Source: Paraspadella gotoi (lineage: Eukaryota > Animalia > Chaetognatha). Taken from it: a stretch of 64,000 bases of DNA. A model generated the notes under the pieces. It did no database searches. It saw nothing but the letters and a program-made list of their open reading frames with translations, and was not told the DNA's origin. Within the stretch, counting starts at the first letter, position 1. The number at the start of each line of letters is the position of its first letter. The translations under genes and the position numbers were made by a program. The DNA lies in assembly GCA_051294375.1 (NCBI GenBank), contig CM119271.1, positions 17,075,799-17,139,798 of the forward strand. The letters run 5' to 3'. Positions 46,554 through 59,770 of this stretch are shown piece by piece.

Positions 46554-46817
46554 TTTTGTTGATAAGGCGCTAAAAGTGGCAGAAAGATGACTATCCGTAA
46601 CTTGTAATAACCCCCCTCTTGGCAGAACATGGACGGGTCCTGGCCTTGGGAACCAGGGCTTGAGGGGTTTGCCCACGGCCTCCAAGGCGGCTTACGGCCG
46701 GTCCTCCTCCTTTGCCGGCAGGGGTAGGGTACGCGGGGGTTGGGATTTGAACCCCGGTAGCCTAATGTCATTGAGCTTATGGCTTTAACTCAAATGAGCC
46801 AACCGAGGTCACAACTG
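46554..46817 (-). mobile_element. tRNA-derived SINE (family A), longer copy
   Basis: Minus strand TGGCTCATTTGAG and GGTTCAAATCC, with an A-rich tail. Homologous to 14600-14768. Confidence 0.75.
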
Positions 46818-49116
46818 AAAGAGTGCATGCTTACAATTTGAATGTGCTATAAAGCTTTTATATGTCTAACATTATCTAACAAAGCATAAGCTATTAATTT
46901 GAATCGCTCTTCCTCACTTTTTACAATTTTTTTTCTTTTATTGGAAATTTTATAAGTAAAAATTTAAATAACTGAAAAAAAGATTATCAATTAGGTAATT
47001 TCCAAATGGAGTTATTTCTTAAAAATTAAGATAGCAAAATATGTTCTATACTATAATACAAATGCCAGTTCTACTGTGTAGGCTTAAAATAAATTTATTT
47101 TTAATTAATATAATTTTATTATAAAATAATTGGGTCGACCATTGTGGTATAAACTATCAATTTTTGTTGGCGGTTTTGAAATTTAGGAGAAAAAAAAACA
47201 ATTTATTTTTGTTTTTAATCAACAATTGTTTTTATTGTTATTAATTTTAAATTTTAAATTATTTAAAAAAATTATAAATATTTAAAACTATTAATATATA
47301 TTCTATTCAGTATTAAAAGTTTAATGCATTTATACTTGTTAATATTTTGGAATACATTTTGTTTATTAACAATATATCTCAAATTAGTTGAGTGAGCTAC
47401 TGTATTATATTATTTGTAAATTTTTTTTTTCCATAAATAATAACTAAATTCTTATTAGCTGATTAAAGGGCTGGAATATGGATTGGGGAATTAAAGCACT
47501 CACTAAGTATATACTTGTTATTTTTATTTGAGATTAAGTTTAATTAAAACATCATATACTTTTTTTATAATAAAATAAAGTTATAATTTGTTTTATTTAT
47601 TTTTATTATAATTTTATATTATTTTTATTTTAAACATTTGTTTTTAAAAGCCTTATAAAGTAGAACTGTTATTTTTTGTATCTTTATTTTTAAAAAAATA
47701 TATTCCTATTTGAAGTAACTAATTGATTAATCTTTTTTTAAAAAAAAATTTATATTTTTACGTATAATTCAATAATGAAAAATTTGTAAAAAAGTTGGGA
47801 GAGGTCTGCAAATTAATAGGCTTATGTTTTTGTAGATAATGATTAGATGTATAAGACATATCAAATTGGTAAGCCATACAGACAAAAATTATTAATAAAT
47901 ATTTTTTCAAATTTTTTCAAGATTTAACACATTCATAAGCCTGAAACAAAATTAAAAAAACTAATAACCTATTTTACGCCAATAGGAAATGCCCAAGGGT
48001 TTATCATAGAGGATTTAAGTCTGGTTTATAACCTTTATTTTTACATTATTTTCAAGGTTATAAGGGGAAAATAAAAAAGTGACTTTTAAAATGGCCGGAG
48101 AATATCGTTTTTAAAATCAGTCATAATTGGAAAGAGTATTTTTTGGATTTTTAAAAATAAAGGTATGTAAAATGGAAGGTATTGTTTTCACGGCTCTTTA
48201 AATTGGACGCCAGGTTAATTTGATTCTGACTGATATTTTTCAAAAGAATATCTATCAATTTTTAATTGAAAAAAACCGGGTTTTTTTTGGCAAATTTTGA
48301 AGAGTTGGCAAGCAGCTTATTGATCGATTTTTCAGAAAAAACAAAGAATAGAAAAAAAATTATTAGCCCTATAGTGGGACTAATTTTGTACTATAACGTG
48401 CTAAATTTCTGTAAAAACTTTATAAAATTTGCTAAAGGGGCCTAATTCCCCACCCAAAAAAATGTAATGTAGTTGATGTGGTATTGTAACTCTGGGATGG
48501 TCATCTGGGATTCCGATTTGAAATATTCGATCCCCAGAGAGTGACTTTTTGGGGTGCGGAGATTGGCTCAGGGATTATTACTTTAGGGAATGAATTATAA
48601 TTTAGGGATGAATTGGGACTCTGATTAGTGATTTCGTCTTCCCATCGTAATTTTAGGAGACGGTTAATTATTCATTTTTAATTCATTTTATAAGGGGGCC
48701 TTATTATAAAAGTACGAATGACGTCAATATAAACGTCCGCAAGAATACTATGGTTTATTTATATCATTTATTCTCGGGCGTACCGGTACCCCCGGCGTAC
48801 AAGCGACGGAATGACTCGGATAGATGTTGATAAACCTTACGCCGGCATTTTCATATTATAGTTAGTTATGGGTGAGGCAGCAGAGATGGCAAGTTGTCTG
48901 AGAGGAAAAACAAAAGTTAGTAAAAAAATTTGTTTCGGGATTGCCCTAATAAAAATCAAATCTTAACTAAGTTTTCCCCGATTCCTCATAAGACGGTGAA
49001 TCGGGCATGCTCAGACAATCGAAGCTTCGGGCGGATTTACTAATCAATTTATTGTGTAAAGTTAAATTAAACTAGTAGTCGGGGAAATGTTTAATCCGGC
49101 AATCAATTAAAGTAAC

Positions 49117-49350
49117 ATGACTATTTACCAAGAGGCAATAAATACGCTTCAACCATGCGATGGAGAAATTTTAAGTAAATCCATTTGGGAAATAGAAAAC
49201 ATTGGTTATAAACCAGAGGCTGGAAAGGCCAATTGGGTCGATCTTAATGATGCAACGATTCTTTTGTCAATCGAATCCCTAACCTTCAAACTCGTCCTTC
49301 AAACTCGAAAATTCAGGGCGCGGAGATCCGTCGCCAAACAAAACGAGTAA
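49117..49350 (+). pseudogene. Possible fragment of an unidentified coding sequence
   Basis: 77-aa non-repetitive ORF with globular-like composition (MTIYQEAINTLQPCDGEILSKSIWEIENIGYKPEAG...). No family recognised. Confidence 0.2.
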
Positions 49351-50791
49351 TGCTAATTATTCCAACTTGCGATCGAGATCCAATGGAGGCGGGAATGGGG
49401 TCGTCAAAGCGTCGTTCGGATCCTGGTGGCTGGGGCTTCTGAATGTCTAAAAGTCTGTGGGGTCTCTGGTTCCCCGGAGAGCGATGCGTCTCAAACCTCG
49501 GGATTGCTCCCCTCCAAAATTCTGGGGACCTTTTTTTGGATTACATTGTTTCTTCATTTTGTGACGCTTTTTTCTCGCGGCGCACTAATATGAGCTTTAG
49601 TAGGGTGGATGACGAAAATATCAAACATGGGCCTCGGGGCGGTGATTTCGAAAAAATAAAAGGAAAAATAAAAGCGAGCTGATTCTGAAAAACTTATAAT
49701 AGAAACAATTATTAAGTCAGCAAATACCCATACTCTCTCTCTATCTATTGTTCTAAAATCCAAATGAAATCATTTCTATTTCTAATGTTATTCTCTCTCT
49801 CTCTTCTTTCTTTCTTTTCTCTTTCTCTTTGCTTCTTTCTTCCCCTTCTCTTTCTCTCTCTCTCTCTCTCATTCTCTCTCTCTCTGCTCTCTTGATCCTC
49901 TCTGGTCTATCCAAATTTATAAAATAGAGAGCCTCGTTTTTTAAAAACATATTTAAAAGCGAAAAAAAATATATTACTATCATATTTGGTAATTTTTTAA
50001 AACTGTAATATAAACGGCATATTGACAACAGCAGACAAATATAACATCAGTAATACTGTGAGCATAAAAATAAATTCTTAATAAGAAAGCGGAAATATCT
50101 TGCAAATTTTTCTTTTGCAAAAGACGAAGTTTGAAAAAAAAAAATGTTGTTTTTTTTATGGTATGTTTTTTTGGGTGACTTCGTCATCTTTTTCGTTTTC
50201 GGGCCAACAACTCCGCCCTCATGCCGCAACCACCCTTCCACAGGCACTCCCCTCGTCTGTTCCCCATCACTCCTCCATACACTCGCAGGGCCAAGCGGCT
50301 CAGGTATCCAACGTCGAACTTGTTGACGAAAAGATGGTCGTCCTGCTTTGGCGCGGGATCCACGGGAGATCGGTGAGGGGCCGGGAAGACGCGAACTCGC
50401 GGGCGGGACGGTCGCGTCCGTGGCAGACGAGCGAAGGTTGAACTTTGCTTTATTGGCAGCCAACATCACGATTTCTTAAAGAGGGGGGGGAGGGGTGGCC
50501 AGTGGCGGGGAAAGACAAAGAATAGGGCTACGTTTGTTACTTTGGTCCATTGGCCGTTGTATTTCTAGTATTACCTTGGGTAACTTTCTTAAGTTTATAA
50601 TGGTCGGACCGCCGGGGAGTCTTGAGGCTTCCCGATAATTTACGGTGCAAGCGTTTGCCAAAAAATGCTTCGTCCGGGCTGTAAGTTGGTCTTTTGTTCC
50701 ACTCGAGAAAGCCTAGGGGTAGTAAGTGTCGATCATTATTGTTTCCCCTTTGAAACAAGACGTCTTAATTTTAACAAATGTAAATTTACCT

Positions 50792-50822
<31 letters not shown>

Positions 50823-50997
50823 TAACAACAACGACGACGATGATAACGACAACGACGACGATGATAACGACAACGACGACGACGATGATGATAACAACGA
50901 CGAATAGGATGATCCCTTTTCTGATTACAGAGACACAAGTGGTGATTTGGTCGACTAAAATTGAATTTGAGATCACATCTTATCAATCAGATAGAGT

Positions 50998-51061
<64 letters not shown>

Positions 51062-51975
51062 TAGAGTTAATCCCCTTTCAATATCCTTTTTTTGCTTTTC
51101 GTTCTCCGATGATCTTTGGTCGAAAGATTTCGTCATTTTGTCCGGAGATCGGANNNNNNNNNNNNNNNNNNNNNNNNNNNNNNNNNNNNNNNNNNNNNNN
51201 NNNNNNNNNNNNNNNNNNNNNNNNNNNNNNNNNNNNNNNNNNNNNNNNNNNNNNNNNNNNNNNNNNNNNNNNNNNNNNNNNNNNNNNNNNNNNNNNNNNN
51301 NNNNNNNNNNNNNNNNNNNNNNNNNNNNNNNNNNNNNNNNNNNNNNNNNNNNNNNNNNNNNNNNNNNNNNNNNNNNNNNNNNNNNNNNNNNNNNNNNNNN
51401 NNNNNNNNNNNNNNNNNNNNNNNNNNNNNNNNNNNNNNNNTCAATCAGTCTGTCTGTGTGTCTGTCAATCAGTCTGTGTGACTGTCTGTCTTTTTTTTGT
51501 TGATTTTCGTTTTGGATCTGATATAGAATTTTTTCTCTGTGGATTTTTTTACAAATAATATATATACTAATTTCATATAGATTATCGAATATCCTTTCAT
51601 TCAATGAAAAAGCTAAATTAATTTCTAACTTTTGTCAGGTTATGAGTTAAGGAGTCCAACTCTCTTTCGAGATGATATCATAACAAGACTATATCACAAT
51701 ATAAACATACATACATTTCAATTAAATTTGTAAACATCACGTTTGAATTAAAGGCAGAAAATTCAAAAGTTTTTTAATAAATTACAGTTTTTATCATCGC
51801 CTCTTTTTATTTTTACATTTTTCCCAATTTTCATTTTTTCAAATTTTTCCCAAAAAGTGAAAATAAATTTACTTTTTTTTCTTTTCGATTTTACCTTTGA
51901 AATCTTTGCTCATTCAGACGAGAAGAAAATTTTTTTCAAAAATCTCTTTTCTATTCATTTTTTTCACATTCTTTA

Positions 51976-52008
<33 letters not shown>

Positions 52009-52385
52009 NNNNNNNNNNNNNNNNNNNNNNNNNNNNNNNNNNNNNNNNNNNNNNNNNNNNNNNNNNNNNNNNNNNNNNNNNNNNNNNNNNNNNNNNNNNN
52101 NNNNNNNNNNNNNNNNNNNNNNNNNNNNNNNNNNNNNNNNNNNNNNNNNNNNNNNNNNNNNNNNNNNNNNNNNNNNNNNNNNNNNNNNNNNNNNNNNNNN
52201 NNNNNNNNNNNNNNNNNNNNNNNNNNNNNNNNNNNNNNNNCGGACATCGTGTTTTCTTTTTCTGTGTGAGTGAGCACATTTTGTGGAGTCATGGACATTT
52301 AGTGTTTAACTACTTTTATAAGTTTATGAAATTGGGACAACGAATATAAGTATTATCCATTCATTTAATAAAGAAGATCGGTCCA

Positions 52386-52413
52386 TCCAATGTGTTGCGC
52401 CGCAGTGACTTTC
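52386..52413 (-). mobile_element. 3' end of another HINE-like copy running into a gap
   Basis: Reverse complement AGTCACTGCGGCGCAACACATT matches 21487-21508. Confidence 0.5.
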
Positions 52414-54477
52414 NNNNNNNNNNNNNNNNNNNNNNNNNNNNNNNNNNNNNNNNNNNNNNNNNNNNNNNNNNNNNNNNNNNNNNNNNNNNNNNNNNNNNNN
52501 NNNNNNNNNNNNNNNNNNNNNNNNNNNNNNNNNNNNNNNNNNNNNNNNNNNNNNNNNNNNNNNNNNNNNNNNNNNNNNNNNNNNNNNNNNNNNNNNNNNN
52601 NNNNNNNNNNNNNNNNNNNNNNNNNNNNNNNNNNNNNNNNNNNNNNNNNNNNNNNNNNNNNNNNNNNNNNNNNNNNNNNNNNNNNNNNNNNNNNNNNNNN
52701 NNNNNNNNNNNNNNNNNNNNNNNNNNNNNNNNNNNNNNNNNNNNNNNNNNNNNNNNNNNNNNNNNNNNNNNNNNNNNNNNNNNNNNNNNNNNNNNNNNNN
52801 NNNNNNNNNNNNNNNNNNNNNNNNNNNNNNNNNNNNNNNNNNNNNNNNNNNNNNNNNNNNNNNNNNNNNNNNNNNNNNNNNNNNNNNNNNNNNNNNNNNN
52901 NNNNNNNNNNNNNNNNNNNNNNNNNNNNNNNNNNNNNNNNNNNNNNNNNNNNNNNNNNNNNNNNNNNNNNNNNNNNNNNNNNNNNNNNNNNNNNNNNNNN
53001 NNNNNNNNNNNNNNNNNNNNNNNNNNNNNNNNNNNNNNNNNNNNNNNNNNNNNNNNNNNNNNNNNNNNNNNNNNNNNNNNNNNNNNNNNNNNNNNNNNNN
53101 NNNNNNNNNNNNNNNNNNNNNNNNNNNNNNNNNNNNNNNNNNNNNNNNNNNNNNNNNNNNNNNNNNNNNNNNNNNNNNNNNNNNNNNNNNNNNNNNNNNN
53201 NNNNNNNNNNNNNNNNNNNNNNNNNNNNNNNNNNNNNNNNNNNNNNNNNNNNNNNNNNNNNNNNNNNNNNNNNNNNNNNNNNNNNNNNNNNNNNNNNNNN
53301 NNNNNNNNNNNNNNNNNNNNNNNNNNNNNNNNNNNNNNNNNNNNNNNNNNNNNNNNNNNNNNNNNNNNNNNNNNNNNNNNNNNNNNNNNNTACTAATATC
53401 GAAACTACAAGTTGAGCAGTCTACATTAGGATTAGGGTTGAACAGTTTTACTCCTTTTTATACTATGTAGGCTAGGGTTGTGTAGTTATTTTTAATAGAA
53501 TTTTGAGGAATGCTTTCTTTCCATCTTGTACAACTTGTACAAATATAACTTTTCNNNNNNNNNNNNNNNNNNNNNNNNNAGTAGTAGTAGTTAGATAGGG
53601 CAGTAGCGTTAGAGACTAAAAAGTAATTAGGTTAGGGAGGTTTCCAAATAAAATTGTAATATAAAGTTTCTACCCTTTAATAAAGTATAATAAAAGATTA
53701 CTGTAAGGCCCTTACCCAGTGTTCTTTTTTTTTTGCATAGCAGAACCGAAAAAACCAATTAACCGAGCGCAAAAAATCCCAGACTTTCTCGCAATATAAA
53801 AAATTTAAGCCATTTATTTATCTCATCATATATTTATGACCTGCTGAGAATAATATCTATATAATAATATTTTCATGTCATATCAATTACTTGAAGATAA
53901 AACTCATTAGGGAGAGGAATACGAAGAGAAAGAAGACGTCAAGGGATCTATTGGGTTTGGGGGCGCCCTTTAATGTTTTATAATTGTTTCTCTGCCAATT
54001 AGAAACCATTATAAATTATATTTAAATATATATATTAATTATATAATTAATTTGTGGATTATTTCAAATGAGATTGAGTTTCTCAATCTCATGTGCATAT
54101 TGTCGTATCTGATTAGGCTTCAATCTCATTTGCAATATTGTCGTATTCTGATTAAGCTTTGATAAAAATTTATTACTATTGCCTGAAGTTTAAAAATTTA
54201 AACAATTTACTAGAGAATGATCAGTTTATTCTGTATTGGACTAATTGACTAATGATCATGTTTATCAGTTTATTGTCTGGTTATATTAAATATTCATAGC
54301 ATTTTAGCAATTGGAAACAGAAAATAAATTTGACTGTTATTGAATGACTTTTGTTTTCCCTTTAGGCGAGTCTTGTCTTAGGTTTTGGTTTTTGCACAGA
54401 GGTCGCTGCGGCTCCCAGCAGAACAGCAGCAGCACCACACATCCACAAAACCAACATGCTCCACGTGTCGGGAGCTT

Positions 54478-56080
54478 TCTTTCCTCTCCTTTCATTTCTT
54501 TCCTTTCCTTTTCCTTTCCTCTTCCTTCAACTTTCCTTTCCTTTCCTTTCCTTCCTTTCCTTTCCCTTTCTTTTCCTTTTCCTTCCTCTCTTCTTTCCCC
54601 TCCTTTTCATTTCTTTCCTTTCCTTTCCTTTCCTTTCCTTTTCCTTTCTTCCTTTCCTTTTCCTTTCCTTCCTTTCCTTTCCTCTTCCTTTCCTTTCTTT
54701 TCTTTTCTTTCCCCTTTCTCTACTTTCCTTCTTTGGCCATCGCATCTTTTCTATTTTTCTTTTGCCAACGCTTAAATCCTTTTTCCTCTCATTCACAGTC
54801 GGTTTTCTATTTTTCTCTCATTATAGTTTTTTTTTTCCTTCTATTTTCTTTTCTTTTGTTCTTTCTTTATCTTATCTTTCTATTTTTCTTTCTTTTTTCA
54901 TTCTTTCTTGCTATTTTTCCTTTTCTCTATCTTTTTCTCTTTTTTTCTTTAACTATTTTTTATCTATTTCTCTCTCTCTCTCTCCTTTCTTTTTCCTTTC
55001 CCGACTTCTCTCTCTCTTCTCTCTCTCCTCTCCTCTCTCTCTCTCTCGGTCTCTCTCTCTCTCTCTTCTCACTCTCTCACTCCCCTCATTCATTTTTTCC
55101 CCATTTTTTTTTCAATTCTTTACCTCCCTTTCATGTTAAGCACTTTTCCCGCCAATGTTGTTAGTTGCCGTCGGCTTTAAATAATTTTATTCTTTATCTT
55201 TTTTGCTTCTTTTCTTTCTTTTTTTGCTCTTTTTTCTTTCTTTTTTTTCTTTTTTTGCTCTTTTTTTACTCTTTTTTTTCTCATTTTTTTTTACATCGAA
55301 CATCACGTCCTTTTACTTCTTACTCAATTTTTTCCTTTCTTTTCTTTTTTCCTTATCTCCCTTTTTTTGTCTTTTCTTTTTTTTCTCCTTTTTCCCTTTT
55401 GCTCTTCTCTCTTTTCCTTTATCTTTTTCCTCATTTTGTATCGTTCCATTTTTCCTTTTTCCTTTCTTTTTTTATTTTTCTTTCTTTTCTATTTTTTCTG
55501 TGTTCAATTTCAAAGTTTGAATCATTCCTCTCTTTTTCCTTTCCTATACTTTCCTTCATTGTTCTTTTAACCTTATATATATTTTAATATTCTAGTATAT
55601 TTGACTTTTCCATGACCAGATTTTCAGTTTGTCCTTCTTTTCTCCCATTTGCCTCCTAACCCTTCCAAGCTAGCCTCTTCTTCTTCCTCTCTCTTTCTTT
55701 CCCTTCTCCCTTTTCTCTTCTTCTTCTTCTTCCTCTCTCTTTCTTCCTCTCTCCCTTTCCTCTTTCTCTTCTTCTTCCTCTCTCTTTCTTCTTCTCTCCC
55801 TTTCCTCTTCCTCTTCTCCTTCTTCTCTCTTTCTTCCTCTCTCCCTTTCCTCTTCCTCTTCTTCTTCCTCTATCTTTCTTTCTTCTTTCCCTTTCCTCTT
55901 CTTCTTCTTCTTTCTCTCTCTTTCTTTCCTCTCTCCCTTTCCTCTTCCTCTTTTTCTTCCTCTCTCTTTCTTCCTCTCTCCCTTTCCTCTTTCTCTTCTT
56001 CTTCCTCTATCTTTCTTTCCTCTCTCCCTTTCCTCTTCTTCTTCTTCTTCCTCTCTCATCTCTTTCTTCCTCCCTCTCGT
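54478..56080. repeat. Polypyrimidine low-complexity region: (TTTCC)n, T-rich tracts and a ~39-bp CT higher-order repeat (55675-56075)
   Basis: Direct reading. Confidence 0.9.
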
Positions 56081-56424
56081 TTTTTTCTTCTACCAGATTT
56101 CACGAATTTTCCCCAGAGTAATTTTGGATTTTTTCAAGCGGTTTTTTTCTCTGCCATTTTCTCTGCCATTTTCCTCTGCCATTTTCATCATCTTTCCTCT
56201 GAGTCTTTCTCCTCCTTTTCTCTCCCAACTTAACACTTATCTACTTTTCCTTTCTCTTACTTTTCTTTCCTTTCTTGTTTTCCACTGTTCACTCTGTCCC
56301 TCTTCTTTATTTCTCTTTTATCTTTGCCTCTTTCCTTATTTTTTTTTCTTTTCATGATTTCATCTACAATTCTCCCATTTTTCCCAACAATTTTTATTCC
56401 CCCGAGTAAAACCCCGCATTTTTC

Positions 56425-56462
<38 letters not shown>

Positions 56463-56912
56463 GTAGTTTGAAGTACAATTAAATGTTTGACGTAATACGA
56501 CCGTGTTTAAAAATTTAATCCCGATAAAGGAGTTTTTTGAGGTTGTTTGAATAACTGGCCTAAATCCCTTCTTCTATTTACAATATCAATATCACTCCAT
56601 CTCTCCCTTTCTCCCTCCCGCATTTTCCTCTCTCTCTCCCTCTCTCTCTCCCTCCCTCTCTCTCTCCTTCTCTCTCTCTCTCTTTCTCCCGCTGGTGGAT
56701 TCCCCGGATCGGCGTTCCACTCGTTGTTTTGCCTTGGATCAGGTTTTCTTCCTCAGCAAACATTTCACCGTTCTCCTCCGCGGGCTAGAGAGAGAGAGAG
56801 AGAGAGAGAGAGACGAAGAGAAGGAGAGAGAGAGAGAGAGAGAGAGAAGCAGAGGGGAAGAGGGGAGGGGGAGGGGGGAGGGGGGGGGAAAAAAGGGAGA
56901 GAGAGAGAGAGG

Positions 56913-59769
56913 ATCATATACTCGCTCTCCCGCGACGCAGCGTCCACCGGTAGCAGCGGCGCGCGGCTGTCCGGACCGAGCTCACTTCTCTTTCCGGCTT
57001 CTTCCGCTCGGATCGGGGAGATTTCTCTCTCTAGATGCGTTGCAGCGCGGCCTTCTTCCGGTCGATGTCCGAGCGGATTTAGGGCCCGATCTCTCTCTCT
57101 CTATCGCTCTTCTCTTGCTCTCTCTCTATCGTTGGCTTTCTCCTCTATTTCCCTTTTTTTTTTTTAACAATATAAATTTTTGTCATCCTTGCACAGCTCT
57201 TTATTTTGTCATCTTTAGGATTTATTACAAATAAAACTAAAATAAACAAATCTTTAATAAATATAGAAAATTCACTTATAATAATGTTTTATGTATTTTG
57301 TTGGTTTCGTTTTCGGTTTTATTTTAGAGCCCGTCACGACTAGTAAATACATTCTTTATTTCATTTTCTTATTGTTATAATTTTACTTTGCCGCTTTCTC
57401 TCTCCCTATTTTTTTCCCGAGGCCAGTTTTTAGTGAGGCAGTGATTTCTATCAAAAGAATGTCAGCAAAAAAACCACTTTTGCCATAATTGCTGAAAATA
57501 TACCAAACAATATTGATTAAATTTGAATCCTAAGACAAAGAGGGCTAGGACTACGGATAATTGAAGTCATCTGCTCATTGGTCGAAATCAAGAATAAATA
57601 CCATTTTGCTACTTTAATAAAAAAAAATCATGTCCATTTTTTAGTCATTTTGACTTTTTGCCTGAATTTGAACATCAAGATAGTTGAAGAAAAAAAATTT
57701 TTTACTCCGGATTTCGGGTTACTTCATTTATCTTCTTACCTCTAAGTTGCATTCATTCGATATTTAATCAACTATTGTTCTGCCGTATGAATTAATTTTG
57801 GAAATTGAACTAGTCAAAAACTTTACATTTTTATTATATTATTACAATTTCGCGTTAAACGAAAATACTTCAAAATGTCCACAATTCTTAATCAAATTAT
57901 TCCCTATCAACGGTGCTTTCTCGGTACCTAAAAAATTAGGCCAAAAAAATTTTAATACTTTGTCTGCCAAAAAGAAATTTTAAAGCCTATTTTTAATTTG
58001 ATGAGGATTTGTGAGGAGCGTTTTATTTGAACTATAAGCCTCGATTGTTGACTTATTTCATAGTTTAATAGAATGAGAAACATACTAAGTATGAAAAATT
58101 TAAAAAAAAACCGCCTTCTTTATTGAAGGGAAAGCGTCAGTAAATAAATTTCTTTCAATCGACAGGTTTTTGCAGAAAAAAATTTCCGCAAAAATCTGTC
58201 GATTTTTAAATCTGCTAGGCAACCAAACTTTGAAGTAATAATCAGTACGCTACCAATATATTTTTTATTACAATACATTTTAAAGATTTTTATACATTCC
58301 AGGGATTGATATAAATACAAAAAAACGAGTGAAATGCAGAAAAGATAAGAGAAGAGAGAGCATGGGTGATAAAAAGTTTCGATGGGAGAGAGAAAAATAG
58401 TGGCAAAGAAAATTAATATATGGGGGAGAAGGGGCTGAGAACGAGAACATAAGAGAAAGAAAGATAAGAAAGAGGGAAGAAAGGAGAATCAGAGAGGGGA
58501 GCAGAAAAAGCCAGAGAATAGAAAGAGGAAGGAAAATAAAGGTAAAGAAGCAAAAGAAGGGATGACACAGAGAACATATGAAGGACAGAAAAGTCGGAGA
58601 AAAGGAGGAAGGAAAGAATTAGAGAGAAAAGAGAAAAAGAGAGCGGACAGAGAAAGGTTTAAAGATGAGAAAAAAAATAGGTGGAAAAAATAGAAAAAAG
58701 TTTTAAAATATAGTGTTGCCGTTTTTGTCCTTAATATCTAAAAAAACAAGCGATAGATTTGACCGAGCAATTAGATCCTTTTAAAAAGTTTGCCCTTACG
58801 ATAAAAAATCCTTTAGTTGTCATCTTTTAATTAGCGGCAAAGAACCATAAAATAGGAATGATTACCGTAAAAGAAATATGTCTTACCGTATTTTTGAAAG
58901 CATAGAAATTCTCCCAGTAGTTCTATGTTATAAGGGAGAAGATAAAACCATAGCCAACCGTTTTTTTAAATAAAGCGTGTGTGATATTAATCAGTGGGAA
59001 AAAAGAAATAATAGTTATATAAGTATTTCAATTTCAATTGTTGAAAATACCCCAAATAGAAAATCACTGCCCTGAGACAAATATTTTTGGCGTCCATACC
59101 GATAGCCTCATATTCCAAAAACGATTTTACCAATAAAGTTAGTTTTGTTAAAAATTAAATCTCTCTATTTATTACTATAAGAAACGCAGACATTTTACGT
59201 TAAAAGTTTATTCTCGATGCTAGTAATTTTGTATTTGTAAATTAGATAATTTTTCATCCCAAACAGTTAGCTAAAGTATATTCAAAAAAGTAAATTTATT
59301 AAGGCAAAAAAATAAACATAGAAGGTATCCTACTCTTGTAGCAGTACACAAAAAATTGGATCTACAATTTAATTTATTTCCATACTTTCTTTTCTTTCTT
59401 TCTTTCCTTCTGTTTCTTTCTTTCTTTCCGAATATCTTCTTTCTTTCATTAATTCTTTGTCTTAATTTTCAAAAAAAGACTCCCAGATCCGCTGCGAAAC
59501 CCATGATCGATCGCCTCGGAGGCAGAGAGAAGAGAATCGGCTGGTGACGAGCGTAAGAGGAGAAAAGAGGTTAAGTTAGCCGCCTGCGGCTCAGACCCGG
59601 AATCGACTTTGCAGTCGCGCGGATCCGTGGAGATAAGGAGAAGAAGAGAAAGAGGCAGTAAGCATGAGACCCGAGCGAAGTAAGCGAAGGCAAGGACAAG
59701 CGCTCCAGGCCCGCCCCCGGCTGCTCCCGGACGCTGCCCGCTGATACGCAGGCTTCTGAGTATAGCCAT
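56913..59769. mobile_element. 2.86-kb element with imperfect GC-rich TIRs, copy 1
   Basis: Left end ATCATATACTC...GCAGCGTCCACCGGTAGCAGCGG. Right end CCGGCTGCTCCCGGACGCTGC...CTGAGTATAGCCAT. Preceded by (GA)n. Confidence 0.7.
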
Positions 59770-59770
59770 G

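Larger units (their letters stand above)
44235..48444. mobile_element. Foldback-like non-autonomous DNA element with ~1.5-kb TIR arms (44235-45740 and 46820-48444)
   Basis: TAGGGCCTTAGCAAATTTTATAAAGTTTTTTACAGAA vs TTCTGTAAAAACTTTATAAAATTTGCTAAAGGGGCCTA. Collinear reverse-complement similarity continues along both arms. No ORF. Confidence 0.8.

Noticed and set aside
40290-50790. Bacterial or other foreign contamination
   Set aside because: It contains the same SINE and hammerhead families as the rest of the window and a eukaryotic-type tRNA.
52390-53415. ORFs of 341 and 334 aa
   Set aside because: Almost entirely N.
54344-56233. Phe/Leu/Ser-rich membrane-protein-like ORFs
   Set aside because: Artefacts of polypyrimidine low-complexity sequence.
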